Assembly: GCA_965662705.1 (NCBI GenBank)
Contig: CBFIIP010000090.1
Span: 9,163-73,162 of the forward strand
Direction of reading: 5' to 3'
DNA: 64,000 nt
Origin: Flavobacteriaceae bacterium
GTDB taxonomy: Bacteria; Bacteroidota; Bacteroidia; Flavobacteriales; Flavobacteriaceae
Within the stretch, counting starts at the first letter, position 1, and each line of letters opens with the position of its first letter. Below are positions 43,491-52,728 of the stretch, piece after piece. The translations under genes were made by a program, and so were the position numbers. The notes under the pieces are model-generated. The model searched no databases, had not been told where the DNA came from, and worked only from the letters and a program-made list of their open reading frames with translations.

Positions 43491-44772
43491 TTTCTGAGAG
43501 GGCTAAAGCTGAGTTAATATATGTTGAATTTGGTGAAAAAGAGATACAATCAAGCTGGGTTTTCAAATCGGTTATGGCATCAAAATAGCTCAATTTTAAT
43601 TCGCGAGAAATGGGCTTGGCTTCAGGTAGTTTTTGCTTAAAGGGATCTACCTGCCTGCCATTTTTCCAAAATCGGTAACACACATGAGGGCCTGAGGTGT
43701 AGCCGGTCATACCTACCCATCCGATCACCTGTCCTTGGGTTACAAACTCCCCCAATTTTACCTTGCGGCGTTTCATATGGAGATACTGAGTACTGTAGGT
43801 GTTGTTGTGTTTGATGGTGACATAGTTTCCATTTCCTCTGGTATAGGAAGATTTGACCACCACTCCGTTGGCAGTAGCTATTATGGGGGTGCCAACACCC
43901 GCCGCAAAATCTGTACCTCGGTGCGGTTTGACCCGGTTGCCGTAGTAGGCGATCCTGCGCTTGAGATTGTAGCGTGAGGTAACTGGACCAAATTTAACAG
44001 GGGCTTTAAGAAAAGCCCTTCTTAGGTTTTTGGCTTTTTCATCAAAATATTCCACAATACCTTTCAATGTATCGGGTTGAAATTCAAAAGCATAGAAATC
44101 CTTTCCAGCATGCTCAAAAATGGCGGCTTTGATGCGGTCTATTCCAATGGATATGGTATCATCTACAAATTTTTCGGTATAAATCACCTTGAACCGGTCG
44201 CCTTTGTAGAGCCGGTAAAAATCAATATTCCATGCGTAAACATCTGCTAAATAATAGGTCAATTGGTCGTTTAACCCGCTGTTCATCATCGTTTCGTAGA
44301 GTGAGTTTTCGATTAAGCCGTTTCCCTCTCTCAGAACGGTTTTGATGGGCTTGGAGACTTTTTTACCATAGATGCTGTCTCTGAGTTGAACAACCGTGTA
44401 ACCGTCTACTTGGGGTTCGTAGACAAATGCTTTAGGTGTAGCTATACTGTCTTTGGAATACAATAGGCTGTATCTTTTACCTACGACCAAACGCCTTACA
44501 CTCACTTCGTTTTTTATGGTCTGAAGAATATTGTATACTTCTGGATAGTCGATTCCATTGGCCTCAAGAATGGATCCGAAAGTGTCTCCCCTTTTTATTT
44601 TTTTCTTTACAATTTTGTGGTTTTCCATATCAAAACCGTACTTCATTATTTTGGGCTTGTTTTCCGGTGGGGGAACCATAAAATTGGAATTAATGTTTGG
44701 GTTTTCTGAACCACAGGAGACCAACCCAATAAAACCTACCAAAAAGAAAAAAAGAACAAAAATCTTCTTCAT
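43477..44772 (-). CDS. M23 family peptidoglycan metalloendopeptidase (lipoprotein)
   Basis: Start trimmed to the ATG at 44772 (MKKIFVLFFFLVGFIGLVSC). LysM-like segment. M23 motifs HRGTDFAAGVGTPI and YSTQYLHM. Confidence 0.8.
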   Translation of the reverse strand: MKKIFVLFFFLVGFIGLVSCGSENPNINSNFMVPPPENKPKIMKYGFDMENHKIVKKKIKRGDTFGSILEANGIDYPEVYNILQTIKNEVSVRRLVVGKRYSLLYSKDSIATPKAFVYEPQVDGYTVVQLRDSIYGKKVSKPIKTVLREGNGLIENSLYETMMNSGLNDQLTYYLADVYAWNIDFYRLYKGDRFKVIYTEKFVDDTISIGIDRIKAAIFEHAGKDFYAFEFQPDTLKGIVEYFDEKAKNLRRAFLKAPVKFGPVTSRYNLKRRIAYYGNRVKPHRGTDFAAGVGTPIIATANGVVVKSSYTRGNGNYVTIKHNNTYSTQYLHMKRRKVKLGEFVTQGQVIGWVGMTGYTSGPHVCYRFWKNGRQVDPFKQKLPEAKPISRELKLSYFDAITDLKTQLDCISFSPNSTYINSALALSESDTQ

Positions 44773-44870
44773 ATCAATACGAATGGAATTTTTTGTTAAT
44801 TGCAAATTTCAATCTTTAACAATGGAATTACAAGGCATTTAACAGAAAGTTATACAAAGGAATTAAACAA

Positions 44871-45692
44871 TCAATAAGTGTTGTCAAATTGTATCTCGAA
44901 TGGGAATGCCAAGTTTTTAAATTCTTCTAAATCAACTTTGATCGAACCGATGACCAAATCCGCTTGTAGCCTGATTGGAATTTTATTATCATCTTCTGTT
45001 ACCCAAAGGGTAACGCTCTCTTGTTCTCTAAAAACCCTTCCCGATTGCACATAAGGTCTGAATTTCATGCATTTAATTTTGCCAAACTTTGTAGATAGGG
45101 TTTCATTTCCCAAGAATTTCATTTTAAAAATATAATTCTCGTAATCAAAGAACATATTGATGCTAAAGGTCTCATTGGGTTTTAATTTATCTTCAGGGTA
45201 ATAGGCCCTAAGGTAGTAGAATGCCGAGATGAGGTCTTGTGCAAGATCTGCAATCTCATAGGTTCCTTCTTTGTTGTTTTCCAAATTTTTGACACGCGCC
45301 AGATTTTCGTGGTGGTCAAAATTGATTTCTAAATTTTTGGTGTAACCTCCTTCGTAGATATCACGAACAAACCAATAGGGAATCACTTTTTTATGATCGA
45401 AGTAGGAGTCATAGTGGTCTTCAACTTTGAAAAACCAACGTGCCAGTCCTGTTGTGGTGCCATAGCCTTTTGCGTGGAGTACAGGAATGTCATTAATGGT
45501 ATCCCGAGAAAGCCCTAAGGTGGCATAACTGGCATTAAAAAAACCATAGTGAATCCTGAATTTAAACCACTCTCCCGCTTTAAATGGTAATTGGGCCTTC
45601 GGACTTTGATCTTGATCACTTATCTGAGAAAAGCCGAGTGTGTTGATGTTCAAAAGCAAAAAAATCAAAAGATGTCTTTTCTTATATCCCAT
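44871..45692 (-). CDS. DUF3108 domain-containing protein
   Basis: Signal peptide. GEWFKFRIHYGFFNASYATL resembles the opening strands of DUF3108 proteins. Confidence 0.6.
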   Translation of the reverse strand: MGYKKRHLLIFLLLNINTLGFSQISDQDQSPKAQLPFKAGEWFKFRIHYGFFNASYATLGLSRDTINDIPVLHAKGYGTTTGLARWFFKVEDHYDSYFDHKKVIPYWFVRDIYEGGYTKNLEINFDHHENLARVKNLENNKEGTYEIADLAQDLISAFYYLRAYYPEDKLKPNETFSINMFFDYENYIFKMKFLGNETLSTKFGKIKCMKFRPYVQSGRVFREQESVTLWVTEDDNKIPIRLQADLVIGSIKVDLEEFKNLAFPFEIQFDNTY

Positions 45693-45760
45693 GGGTATAA
45701 AATTAGAGAAATCATTGTAATGGCCTATTGATATGCGTTAAGAAAAAATCAAAAAAGCGA

Positions 45761-47554
45761 TCAAAGCGATTTTAACTTTTGATAAATTTTAACACCTTTT
45801 ACGCTTCCCAGTAAATGGACAAGATCTTCCTCTGAGGCGGCTTTGATTCTTTTTAAGGATTTAAATTCTTTGAGGAGAAGTTCTTTGGTTTTGGGGCCAA
45901 TGCCCACGACTCTGTCCAGAGGCGATTTTAGGGCATTTTTGCTGCGGATATTCCTGTGGAGCGTCAATCCAAATCGATGCGCTTCATTCCTCAATTGCTG
46001 GATTATTTTCAGCGTTTCTGATTTTTTATCCAGATACATGGGAATACTGTCCCCGGGATAATAGATTTCCTCTAGTCTTTTGGCAATTCCAATAATTGCA
46101 ATTTGTCCTCTTAGGCCCAACCGATCCAGACTTTTTACCGCTGAGGAGAGTTGTCCTTTACCCCCGTCGATGACAATCAATTGAGGAAGAGATTGTCCCT
46201 CATCGGAAAGTCGTTTGTAGCGACGGTGGACGACTTCTTCCATGGAGGCAAAATCGTCTGGGCCCTCCACCGTTTTGATTTTAAAATGACGGTAATCCTT
46301 TTTGAATGGCTTGCCATTTCTAAACACCACACAGGCTGCAGTGGGGTTGGTTCCTTGGATATTGGAATTGTCAAAACATTCTATATGGACAGGCTCATTT
46401 GGTAGGCGAAGGTCGGTTTTCATTTGTTGCATCAATCTTTTGATGTGGCGTTCGGGATCTACGATTTTTATTTGCTTGAACCGCTCCAATCGGAAAAACT
46501 TGGCGTTTCTTTGGGACAGTTCTACCAGCTTTTTTTTGTCTCCCAATTTGGGAACTGTGATTTTTATTTTTGGTCCCAAATCAATCTCAAAAGGAAGGTA
46601 GATTTCTTTGGATTGTGAATTAAAACGTTCTCTCATGTCAATGACAGCCAATGGCAACATTTCGGCATCGCTCTCCTCCAGTTTTTTCTTAATCTCAACG
46701 GTATGAGAACGAATGATAGATCCATAGGCTACCTGAAGAAAGTTAACATAGCCATAGCTTTCGTCAGAAATGATGGTAAAAACGTCCACATTGGTAATCT
46801 TGGGATGGACTACAGTAGATTTGGCTTGGTAGTTTTCCAAGGATTCCAGCTTTTCTTTGATCTCCTGCGCCCGCTCAAATTCCATTGATGCGGCGAATGC
46901 TTCCATTTGGTTTTTGAACTGATCCAGTGAGCTTCTGAAATTTCCTTTGATGATGTCCCGGATGGCTACAATATTATTATTGTATTCTCCTTCTTCCACT
47001 TTAGCCTCACAGGGTGCTAGACAATTACCAATATGGTATTCCAGACAAACTTTGTAGGACTGTTTTTGAACTTTTTCATAGGAGAGGTCATAGCTACAAG
47101 TTCGAATGGGGTAAAGTCCACGAATCAGCTCCAACAAAGTATATACCGTTTTTACGTTGGGATAGGGCCCAAAATATTCCGATCCGTCGCGAATTACCTT
47201 GCGGGTACTAAAGATCCTTGGGAAAGGCTCTTTTTTAATACAGATCCAAGGGTAGGTTTTATCGTCTTTTAAAAGGATGTTGTATCTGGGGCGGTATTTT
47301 TTAATGAGATTATTCTCCAGCAACAATGCATCGACTTCCGTAGGGACTACGATGTGTTCCATACGGTGAATTTTCTTGACCAAGATCCGTGTTTTGGCAT
47401 TGTCATGGACTTTTGTAAAGTAGGAGGTCACCCTGCGCTTAAGGTTTTTGGCTTTGCCCACATAAATAACCGTATCGTTTTTATCGTAATATTGATATAC
47501 ACCGGGGTCTGTGGGTAGGGTTTTGAACTGTATGCCAATGGGTGCCTTTTCCAT
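45761..47554 (-). CDS. uvrC: excinuclease ABC subunit C
   Basis: GIY-YIG N-domain (PGVYQYYDKNDTVIYVGKAKNLKRRV), UvrBC-interaction region, C-terminal (HhH)2. Confidence 0.95.
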   Translation of the reverse strand: MEKAPIGIQFKTLPTDPGVYQYYDKNDTVIYVGKAKNLKRRVTSYFTKVHDNAKTRILVKKIHRMEHIVVPTEVDALLLENNLIKKYRPRYNILLKDDKTYPWICIKKEPFPRIFSTRKVIRDGSEYFGPYPNVKTVYTLLELIRGLYPIRTCSYDLSYEKVQKQSYKVCLEYHIGNCLAPCEAKVEEGEYNNNIVAIRDIIKGNFRSSLDQFKNQMEAFAASMEFERAQEIKEKLESLENYQAKSTVVHPKITNVDVFTIISDESYGYVNFLQVAYGSIIRSHTVEIKKKLEESDAEMLPLAVIDMRERFNSQSKEIYLPFEIDLGPKIKITVPKLGDKKKLVELSQRNAKFFRLERFKQIKIVDPERHIKRLMQQMKTDLRLPNEPVHIECFDNSNIQGTNPTAACVVFRNGKPFKKDYRHFKIKTVEGPDDFASMEEVVHRRYKRLSDEGQSLPQLIVIDGGKGQLSSAVKSLDRLGLRGQIAIIGIAKRLEEIYYPGDSIPMYLDKKSETLKIIQQLRNEAHRFGLTLHRNIRSKNALKSPLDRVVGIGPKTKELLLKEFKSLKRIKAASEEDLVHLLGSVKGVKIYQKLKSL

Positions 47555-47648
47555 AGGACGAAGTTACGTTTTTCTGCAAGTTGAGAAAAACCTCCAGAGA
47601 AGCGGTGAACATTCAAAATTGATTAATTTTAAATTAAAACTTGAAGAT

Positions 47649-48212
47649 TTGAGTACCAAGCTGGCATTTAGAACAGAATATCGAAAGCGAAGAGATGCGC
47701 TCTCACAAGATCAGATTGCTGATTGGAGTATTGAGATTTCCAATCGTTGTTTGACATTAGATATTTGGGAGCACTCCCTTTACCACCTTTTTCTGACCGC
47801 TGAAAAGAACAAAGAGGTAGATACTTCCTACCTGCTTTCTATTGTTCAGGGTAAAGACAAACAGCCAGTTGTTCCCAAAATGGTCGATGATGAGGCTTTG
47901 GAGCACTACTTGCTTTCGGATCAAACCGCTTTAAAGTTGAACCGCTGGGGTATCCCTGAACCGCTTTCCGGCATTGCCATCACCCCCCAGCAAATTGAGG
48001 TGGTTTTTGTCCCCCTGTTGGTCTTTGACCTGAAAGGTCATCGCATAGGTTACGGCAAAGGTTATTATGATCGTTTTTTGGGAGAATGTCCTAAAAGCAC
48101 CATTAAAGTAGGTTTGTCTTTTTTTGATCCTGTCTCCAAAATTGTAGATATTGACCCATATGATGTAAGCTTGGATTATGTTGTTTCTCCAAGGGAGGTT
48201 TACAATTTTTGA
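47649..48212 (+). CDS. 5-formyltetrahydrofolate cyclo-ligase
   Basis: C-terminal GYGKGYYDRFL motif and typical ~187-aa size. There is no ATG. Starts are possible at TTG 47649 (MSTKLAFRTEYRKRR...) or TTG 47619. The ORF-track start at 47511 overlaps uvrC and is unlikely. Confidence 0.75.
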   Translation: MSTKLAFRTEYRKRRDALSQDQIADWSIEISNRCLTLDIWEHSLYHLFLTAEKNKEVDTSYLLSIVQGKDKQPVVPKMVDDEALEHYLLSDQTALKLNRWGIPEPLSGIAITPQQIEVVFVPLLVFDLKGHRIGYGKGYYDRFLGECPKSTIKVGLSFFDPVSKIVDIDPYDVSLDYVVSPREVYNF

Positions 48213-48223
48213 AGGAAATTGCG

Positions 48224-48880
48224 TTATTCAACTTTTCCAAAAATCCTTTTATTAAAAACAATCAAAATCCCTACACCAATGCTAATGGCAGAGTCGGCGA
48301 TATTGAAGACATATTGGAAAAAAGTATAGGGTTCACCTCCTACCCAAGGCATCCAGTCGGGCCAATTCCAACTGACCAGAGGAAATTGCAGCATATCTAC
48401 TACATGTCCCTGAAATAATGGAGCATAGCCCCCACCCTCGGGAAATAGTGTGGCTACCTGCCCATAGCTGTGAGAAAAAATAACACCGTAAAAAATAGAG
48501 TCGATCAGATTGCCCAAAGCCCCGGCAAAGATCAAACACAAGGCCCAACGAAAAAGATTGGAGCTTTGTTTCCGAACATTGTCCCAAAGCCAATAGCCAA
48601 TTCCAACGATGGCAATCATTCGGAAGATTGTCAGCACCAGTTTGGCCATCTTATCGGAAAAAAACGGGAGGATGTCATTGAGTTTTGTTCCCATGGCCAT
48701 TCCCTTATTCTCCACGAACAATAGCTTAAAAAATCCCCAGTCAATAATTGCACGATTCCCGTATAGGGAAAGCGGGTAGTTCAACTTAATGAAAAACTTG
48801 AAGGCCTGGTCCATCAACAACAAGCAAAAAACAATTGCAATTGCTGTTGTAAGGTTGATATTGGAAAAACGAACTTTCAA
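48224..48880 (-). CDS. lspA: lipoprotein signal peptidase (signal peptidase II)
   Basis: Motifs VENKGMAMG and FNIADSAISIG. 4-TM layout. Position after ileS and the DksA-like gene. Confidence 0.85.
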   Translation of the reverse strand: MKVRFSNINLTTAIAIVFCLLLMDQAFKFFIKLNYPLSLYGNRAIIDWGFFKLLFVENKGMAMGTKLNDILPFFSDKMAKLVLTIFRMIAIVGIGYWLWDNVRKQSSNLFRWALCLIFAGALGNLIDSIFYGVIFSHSYGQVATLFPEGGGYAPLFQGHVVDMLQFPLVSWNWPDWMPWVGGEPYTFFQYVFNIADSAISIGVGILIVFNKRIFGKVE

Positions 48881-48883
48881 AAG

Positions 48884-49267
48884 TTATTTTTGCATGTTTT
48901 TGGCCTCAATGCTCAAGGTAGCATGTGGCACCAACAAAAGCCTTTGCTTATTGATTAATTTTCCAGTCACCCTACAGATGCCATAGCTTTTATTTTCGAT
49001 TCGAATCAGAGCATTCTTTAGGTCGCGAATAAATTTTTCTTGTCGGATGGCCAACTGGGTGTTGGCTTCCTTGGACATGGTTTCAGAACCTTCCTCAAAG
49101 GCCTTAAAGGTGGGCGAGGTATCGTCAGTTCCATTGTTCCCATCATTCATATAGGCGCTCTTCAATAATTCTAAGTCTGCTTTGGCTTTGTTGATTTTTT
49201 CTTCAATTAATACTCTAAAATGATCCAATTCTTCGTCGGAATATCGAGCTTTTTTTTCTTCTGCCAT
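48884..49267 (-). CDS. DksA/TraR-like protein lacking the C4 zinc finger
   Basis: 127 aa. N-terminal coiled coil plus the C-terminal segment YGICRVTGKLINKQRLLLVPHATLSIEAK, which aligns with the CxxC...CxxC region but keeps only one Cys. Confidence 0.65.
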   Translation of the reverse strand: MAEEKKARYSDEELDHFRVLIEEKINKAKADLELLKSAYMNDGNNGTDDTSPTFKAFEEGSETMSKEANTQLAIRQEKFIRDLKNALIRIENKSYGICRVTGKLINKQRLLLVPHATLSIEAKNMQK

Positions 49268-49268
49268 C

Positions 49269-52200
49269 TTAGATTCTTTTAATGGTTATTTGTGTTTTAA
49301 TGTTATCAAATTCAACAACAACACCTTCATTCATCTCTTTGGGGAAATCGATTTTTTCTCCTAAGGTTTCAGAGCAAATATAGGCGCTATTTTTGTTAAT
49401 TTTTTCTATCAATTCATCGTCTGCCAAGAAATTGATATCAATTTTATCAGTTACCTCCAGCCCTGAGTCTTTTCTTATGTTTTGAATACGATTGACCAGC
49501 TCTCTGGCAATACCTTCATCAACCAAATCCTCATTCAAAGAAATATCAAGTGCTACAGTCAATCCATTTCCATGAGCGACCAGCCAACCTTCAATATCTT
49601 TGGAGATGATTTCCACCTCACTCAACTCCAAGGTAATATTTTTTTCATTATGGAGAATGTTAATTTTACCCTCTTGCTCTAAAGTCTTAATTTCAGCGTC
49701 ACCAAATGCATTAATCTTAGCGACTACTGCCCCCATTTCTTTCCCAAATCGAGGGCCTAAAACTTTAAAATTGGGTTTGATTTCTTTGACCAATATATTG
49801 CTCTCATCATCGATCAATTCAATCACTTTAACATTGATTTCTGATCTTATCTGTTCCTGTATTTTTTCGATTTCAGCTTTTTCTTCAGGCCCATTTACAG
49901 CAACCATTAAAGTTTGTAGGGGCTGTCGCACCTTGATTTGCTCTTTTTTCCTAAGCGAAAGGGCCAATGAAGTGATATTACGGGCTTTGTTGATCTGGTT
50001 TTCTAAGGGGATGTCAATTGTATCGGGGTTGACACTAGGGAAAGTTGATAAATGAACCGACTCCGATTTTTGCCCAGCAGTATTTTCAGTCAAATCTTGA
50101 TACAAACGGTCACTATAAAATGGAGCTACGGGCGCGGCCAATTGGGTGATCTTTAGCAAACACTCCCAAAGGGTTTGATAGGCCGCGATTTTGTCTTTTT
50201 GATAATCCCCCTTCCAAAATCGTCTTCTGCTCAATCTCACATACCAATTGCTCAATTTTTCTTGGACAAATTCTGATATGGCTCGGGTGGCTTTGGTGGG
50301 CTCATAATCTTCGTAGAAAGCATCAACTTTACCAATCAAACTGTTTAATTCCGACAAAATCCAACGATCCAATTCGGAACGGTCATCAATAGGAATAGGT
50401 GCTTCTTCATTTTTGAAACCATCAATGTTGGCGTAGAGGCTAAAAAAAGAATAAGTATTGTGTAAAGTCCCAAAAAACTTACGTTGAACTTCGCCTATCC
50501 CATCTATGTCAAATTTGAGATTGTCCCAAGGGTTGGCATTGGAAATCATATACCAACGGGTTGCATCGGCGCCATATTGATCAATGGTTTCGAATGGATC
50601 TATGGCATTACCCAATCTTTTGGACATTTTTTGTCCATTTTTATCCAATACCAATCCGTTGGAAACCACATTTTTGTAGGAAATGGAATCAAAAACCAAC
50701 GTGCTAATAGCATGAAGGGTATAGAACCACCCACGGGTTTGATCTACGCCTTCTGCAATATAATCTGCGGGGAAAGCATTGCCCAGATCAATTTTTTCTT
50801 TGTTCTCAAAGGGATAGTGCCACTGCGCATAGGGCATAGAGCCGGAGTCAAACCATACATCAATTAAATCTTTCTCACGATGCATTGGAGCACCTTTATC
50901 TGAGGTTAAAATAATATCATCTACAATGTGTTTGTGGAGGTCTATCTTTTCATAGTTCGCATCGCTCATGTCTCCCAACTGAAAACCTTTGAGCGGGTTG
51001 TGTTCCATAAAGCCTTTCTGAATCGAATTTTCGATTTCCTCATACAATTGGGCGATAGACCCTATGACTTTTGTTTCTTGTCCCCCTTCGCTCCTCCATA
51101 CGGGGAGCGGGATCCCCCAAAATCGCGATCTTGAAAGATTCCAGTCATTGGCATTTGCCAACCAGTTTCCAAAACGTCCATCGCCAGTAGATTTAGGCTT
51201 CCAGTTGATCTTTTCATTGAGGGCAGTCAGTCGGTCTTTGATGTCTGTAACCTTGATAAACCATGAATCGAGAGGGTAATAAAGAATCGGTTTATCTGTT
51301 CTCCAACAGTTGGGGTAGGAGTGAACGTACTTTTCAACTTTGAATGCAGCATTTTTCTCTTTAAGCTGGACGGCGATCAGAACATCTACTGATTTTTCGG
51401 GTGCTTTCCCCTCTTCATAATATTCATTTTTGACATATTGACCTGCCAAACGCCCCATTTCAGGCCTAAACCTTCCTTGTAAATCGACCAATGGCACCCT
51501 ACGTTGGTTTTCATCCATAATTAATAAGGGGGGAACCTCGGGAGTAGCTTCTTTGGCCACTTTGGCATCGTCGGCCCCAAAGGTAGGGGCGGTATGAACG
51601 ATCCCAGTCCCATCCTCGGTGGTTACAAAATCACCCTGAATAACCCGATAAGCATTCTCCGGCTGATCTATCGGATCTGGAGCTTCTTGCCATATTTTTT
51701 CATAGCGTATGTCCAGCAGTGCTTTGCCTTTGAAGTCTTTTTCTATAAAATAAGGAATTTTCTTATCTTCTTGGGTGTAGCCTTCCAAGTCAGACGCATG
51801 CTCTACAAGCACGTATTTTCCGGAAAATTGTTTGCTCACCAAAGTTTTTGCCAAAATCACTCGAATGGGTTGAAAAGTGTATTGGTTGAAGCTATGGATT
51901 AAAACGTAGTCAATCTTTGAGCCAACGGTCAATGCAGTATTTGAGGGCAGTGTCCAAGGGGTGGTGGTCCAAGCCAGAAGATAAAGAGGGGTTGTACCTT
52001 TCAAAAAGTCAGGCAATGATTCTTCTTTGGTTTTGAACTGTGCCGTTACGGTAGTATCACTTACATCTTGGTAGGTGCCCGGTTGGTTAAGCTCGTGGGA
52101 GCTGAGTCCTGTCCCTGCTTTGGGAGAATAGGGCTGGATGGTGTAGCCTTTATACAACAATCCTTTATCAAAGATCTGTTTGAGAAGCCACCAAACCGTT

Positions 52201-52670
52201 TCCATGTACTTGGTGGTATAGGTAACATAGGGATCACTCATGTCAACCCAATATCCCATTTTTTGGGTCAATTGATTCCAAACATCTGTATATTTCATAA
52301 CAGCTGCCTTGCAGGCAGCGTTGTATTGTGCTACGGTTATGCTATTACCAATATCCTCTTTGGTTATATTCAAAGCCTTTTCAACACCCAGCTCGACAGG
52401 TAAGCCGTGGGTGTCCCATCCGGCTTTTCTATGAACTTGGTAACCCTTTTGGGTCTTGTAACGACAAAAAATATCTTTAATCGTTCGCGCCATCACGTGA
52501 TGAATTCCAGGCATTCCATTGGCGGAAGGGGGGCCTTCATAAAAAATAAATGGTGGATGGTTTTCTCTCTCGGAAATGCTCTTCTCAAAAATCTGGCTTT
52601 TTTCCCAAAAGGTCAATACTTCCTCTGAAATTTTGGACAAATCCAGTATTTTATGTTCCTTAAAAACCAT
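49269..52670 (-). CDS. ileS: isoleucine--tRNA ligase
   Basis: 1133 aa. Class I motifs PPSANGMPGIHHV (HIGH region) and KMSKRLGN (KMSKS). Editing-domain insert. Confidence 0.95.
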   Translation of the reverse strand: MVFKEHKILDLSKISEEVLTFWEKSQIFEKSISERENHPPFIFYEGPPSANGMPGIHHVMARTIKDIFCRYKTQKGYQVHRKAGWDTHGLPVELGVEKALNITKEDIGNSITVAQYNAACKAAVMKYTDVWNQLTQKMGYWVDMSDPYVTYTTKYMETVWWLLKQIFDKGLLYKGYTIQPYSPKAGTGLSSHELNQPGTYQDVSDTTVTAQFKTKEESLPDFLKGTTPLYLLAWTTTPWTLPSNTALTVGSKIDYVLIHSFNQYTFQPIRVILAKTLVSKQFSGKYVLVEHASDLEGYTQEDKKIPYFIEKDFKGKALLDIRYEKIWQEAPDPIDQPENAYRVIQGDFVTTEDGTGIVHTAPTFGADDAKVAKEATPEVPPLLIMDENQRRVPLVDLQGRFRPEMGRLAGQYVKNEYYEEGKAPEKSVDVLIAVQLKEKNAAFKVEKYVHSYPNCWRTDKPILYYPLDSWFIKVTDIKDRLTALNEKINWKPKSTGDGRFGNWLANANDWNLSRSRFWGIPLPVWRSEGGQETKVIGSIAQLYEEIENSIQKGFMEHNPLKGFQLGDMSDANYEKIDLHKHIVDDIILTSDKGAPMHREKDLIDVWFDSGSMPYAQWHYPFENKEKIDLGNAFPADYIAEGVDQTRGWFYTLHAISTLVFDSISYKNVVSNGLVLDKNGQKMSKRLGNAIDPFETIDQYGADATRWYMISNANPWDNLKFDIDGIGEVQRKFFGTLHNTYSFFSLYANIDGFKNEEAPIPIDDRSELDRWILSELNSLIGKVDAFYEDYEPTKATRAISEFVQEKLSNWYVRLSRRRFWKGDYQKDKIAAYQTLWECLLKITQLAAPVAPFYSDRLYQDLTENTAGQKSESVHLSTFPSVNPDTIDIPLENQINKARNITSLALSLRKKEQIKVRQPLQTLMVAVNGPEEKAEIEKIQEQIRSEINVKVIELIDDESNILVKEIKPNFKVLGPRFGKEMGAVVAKINAFGDAEIKTLEQEGKINILHNEKNITLELSEVEIISKDIEGWLVAHGNGLTVALDISLNEDLVDEGIARELVNRIQNIRKDSGLEVTDKIDINFLADDELIEKINKNSAYICSETLGEKIDFPKEMNEGVVVEFDNIKTQITIKRI

Positions 52671-52728
52671 GTCAGGCTAATTTATTAAGAGATGCGAAAT
52701 TAAGGATTTTAGGCAAAAAAAATGGATT

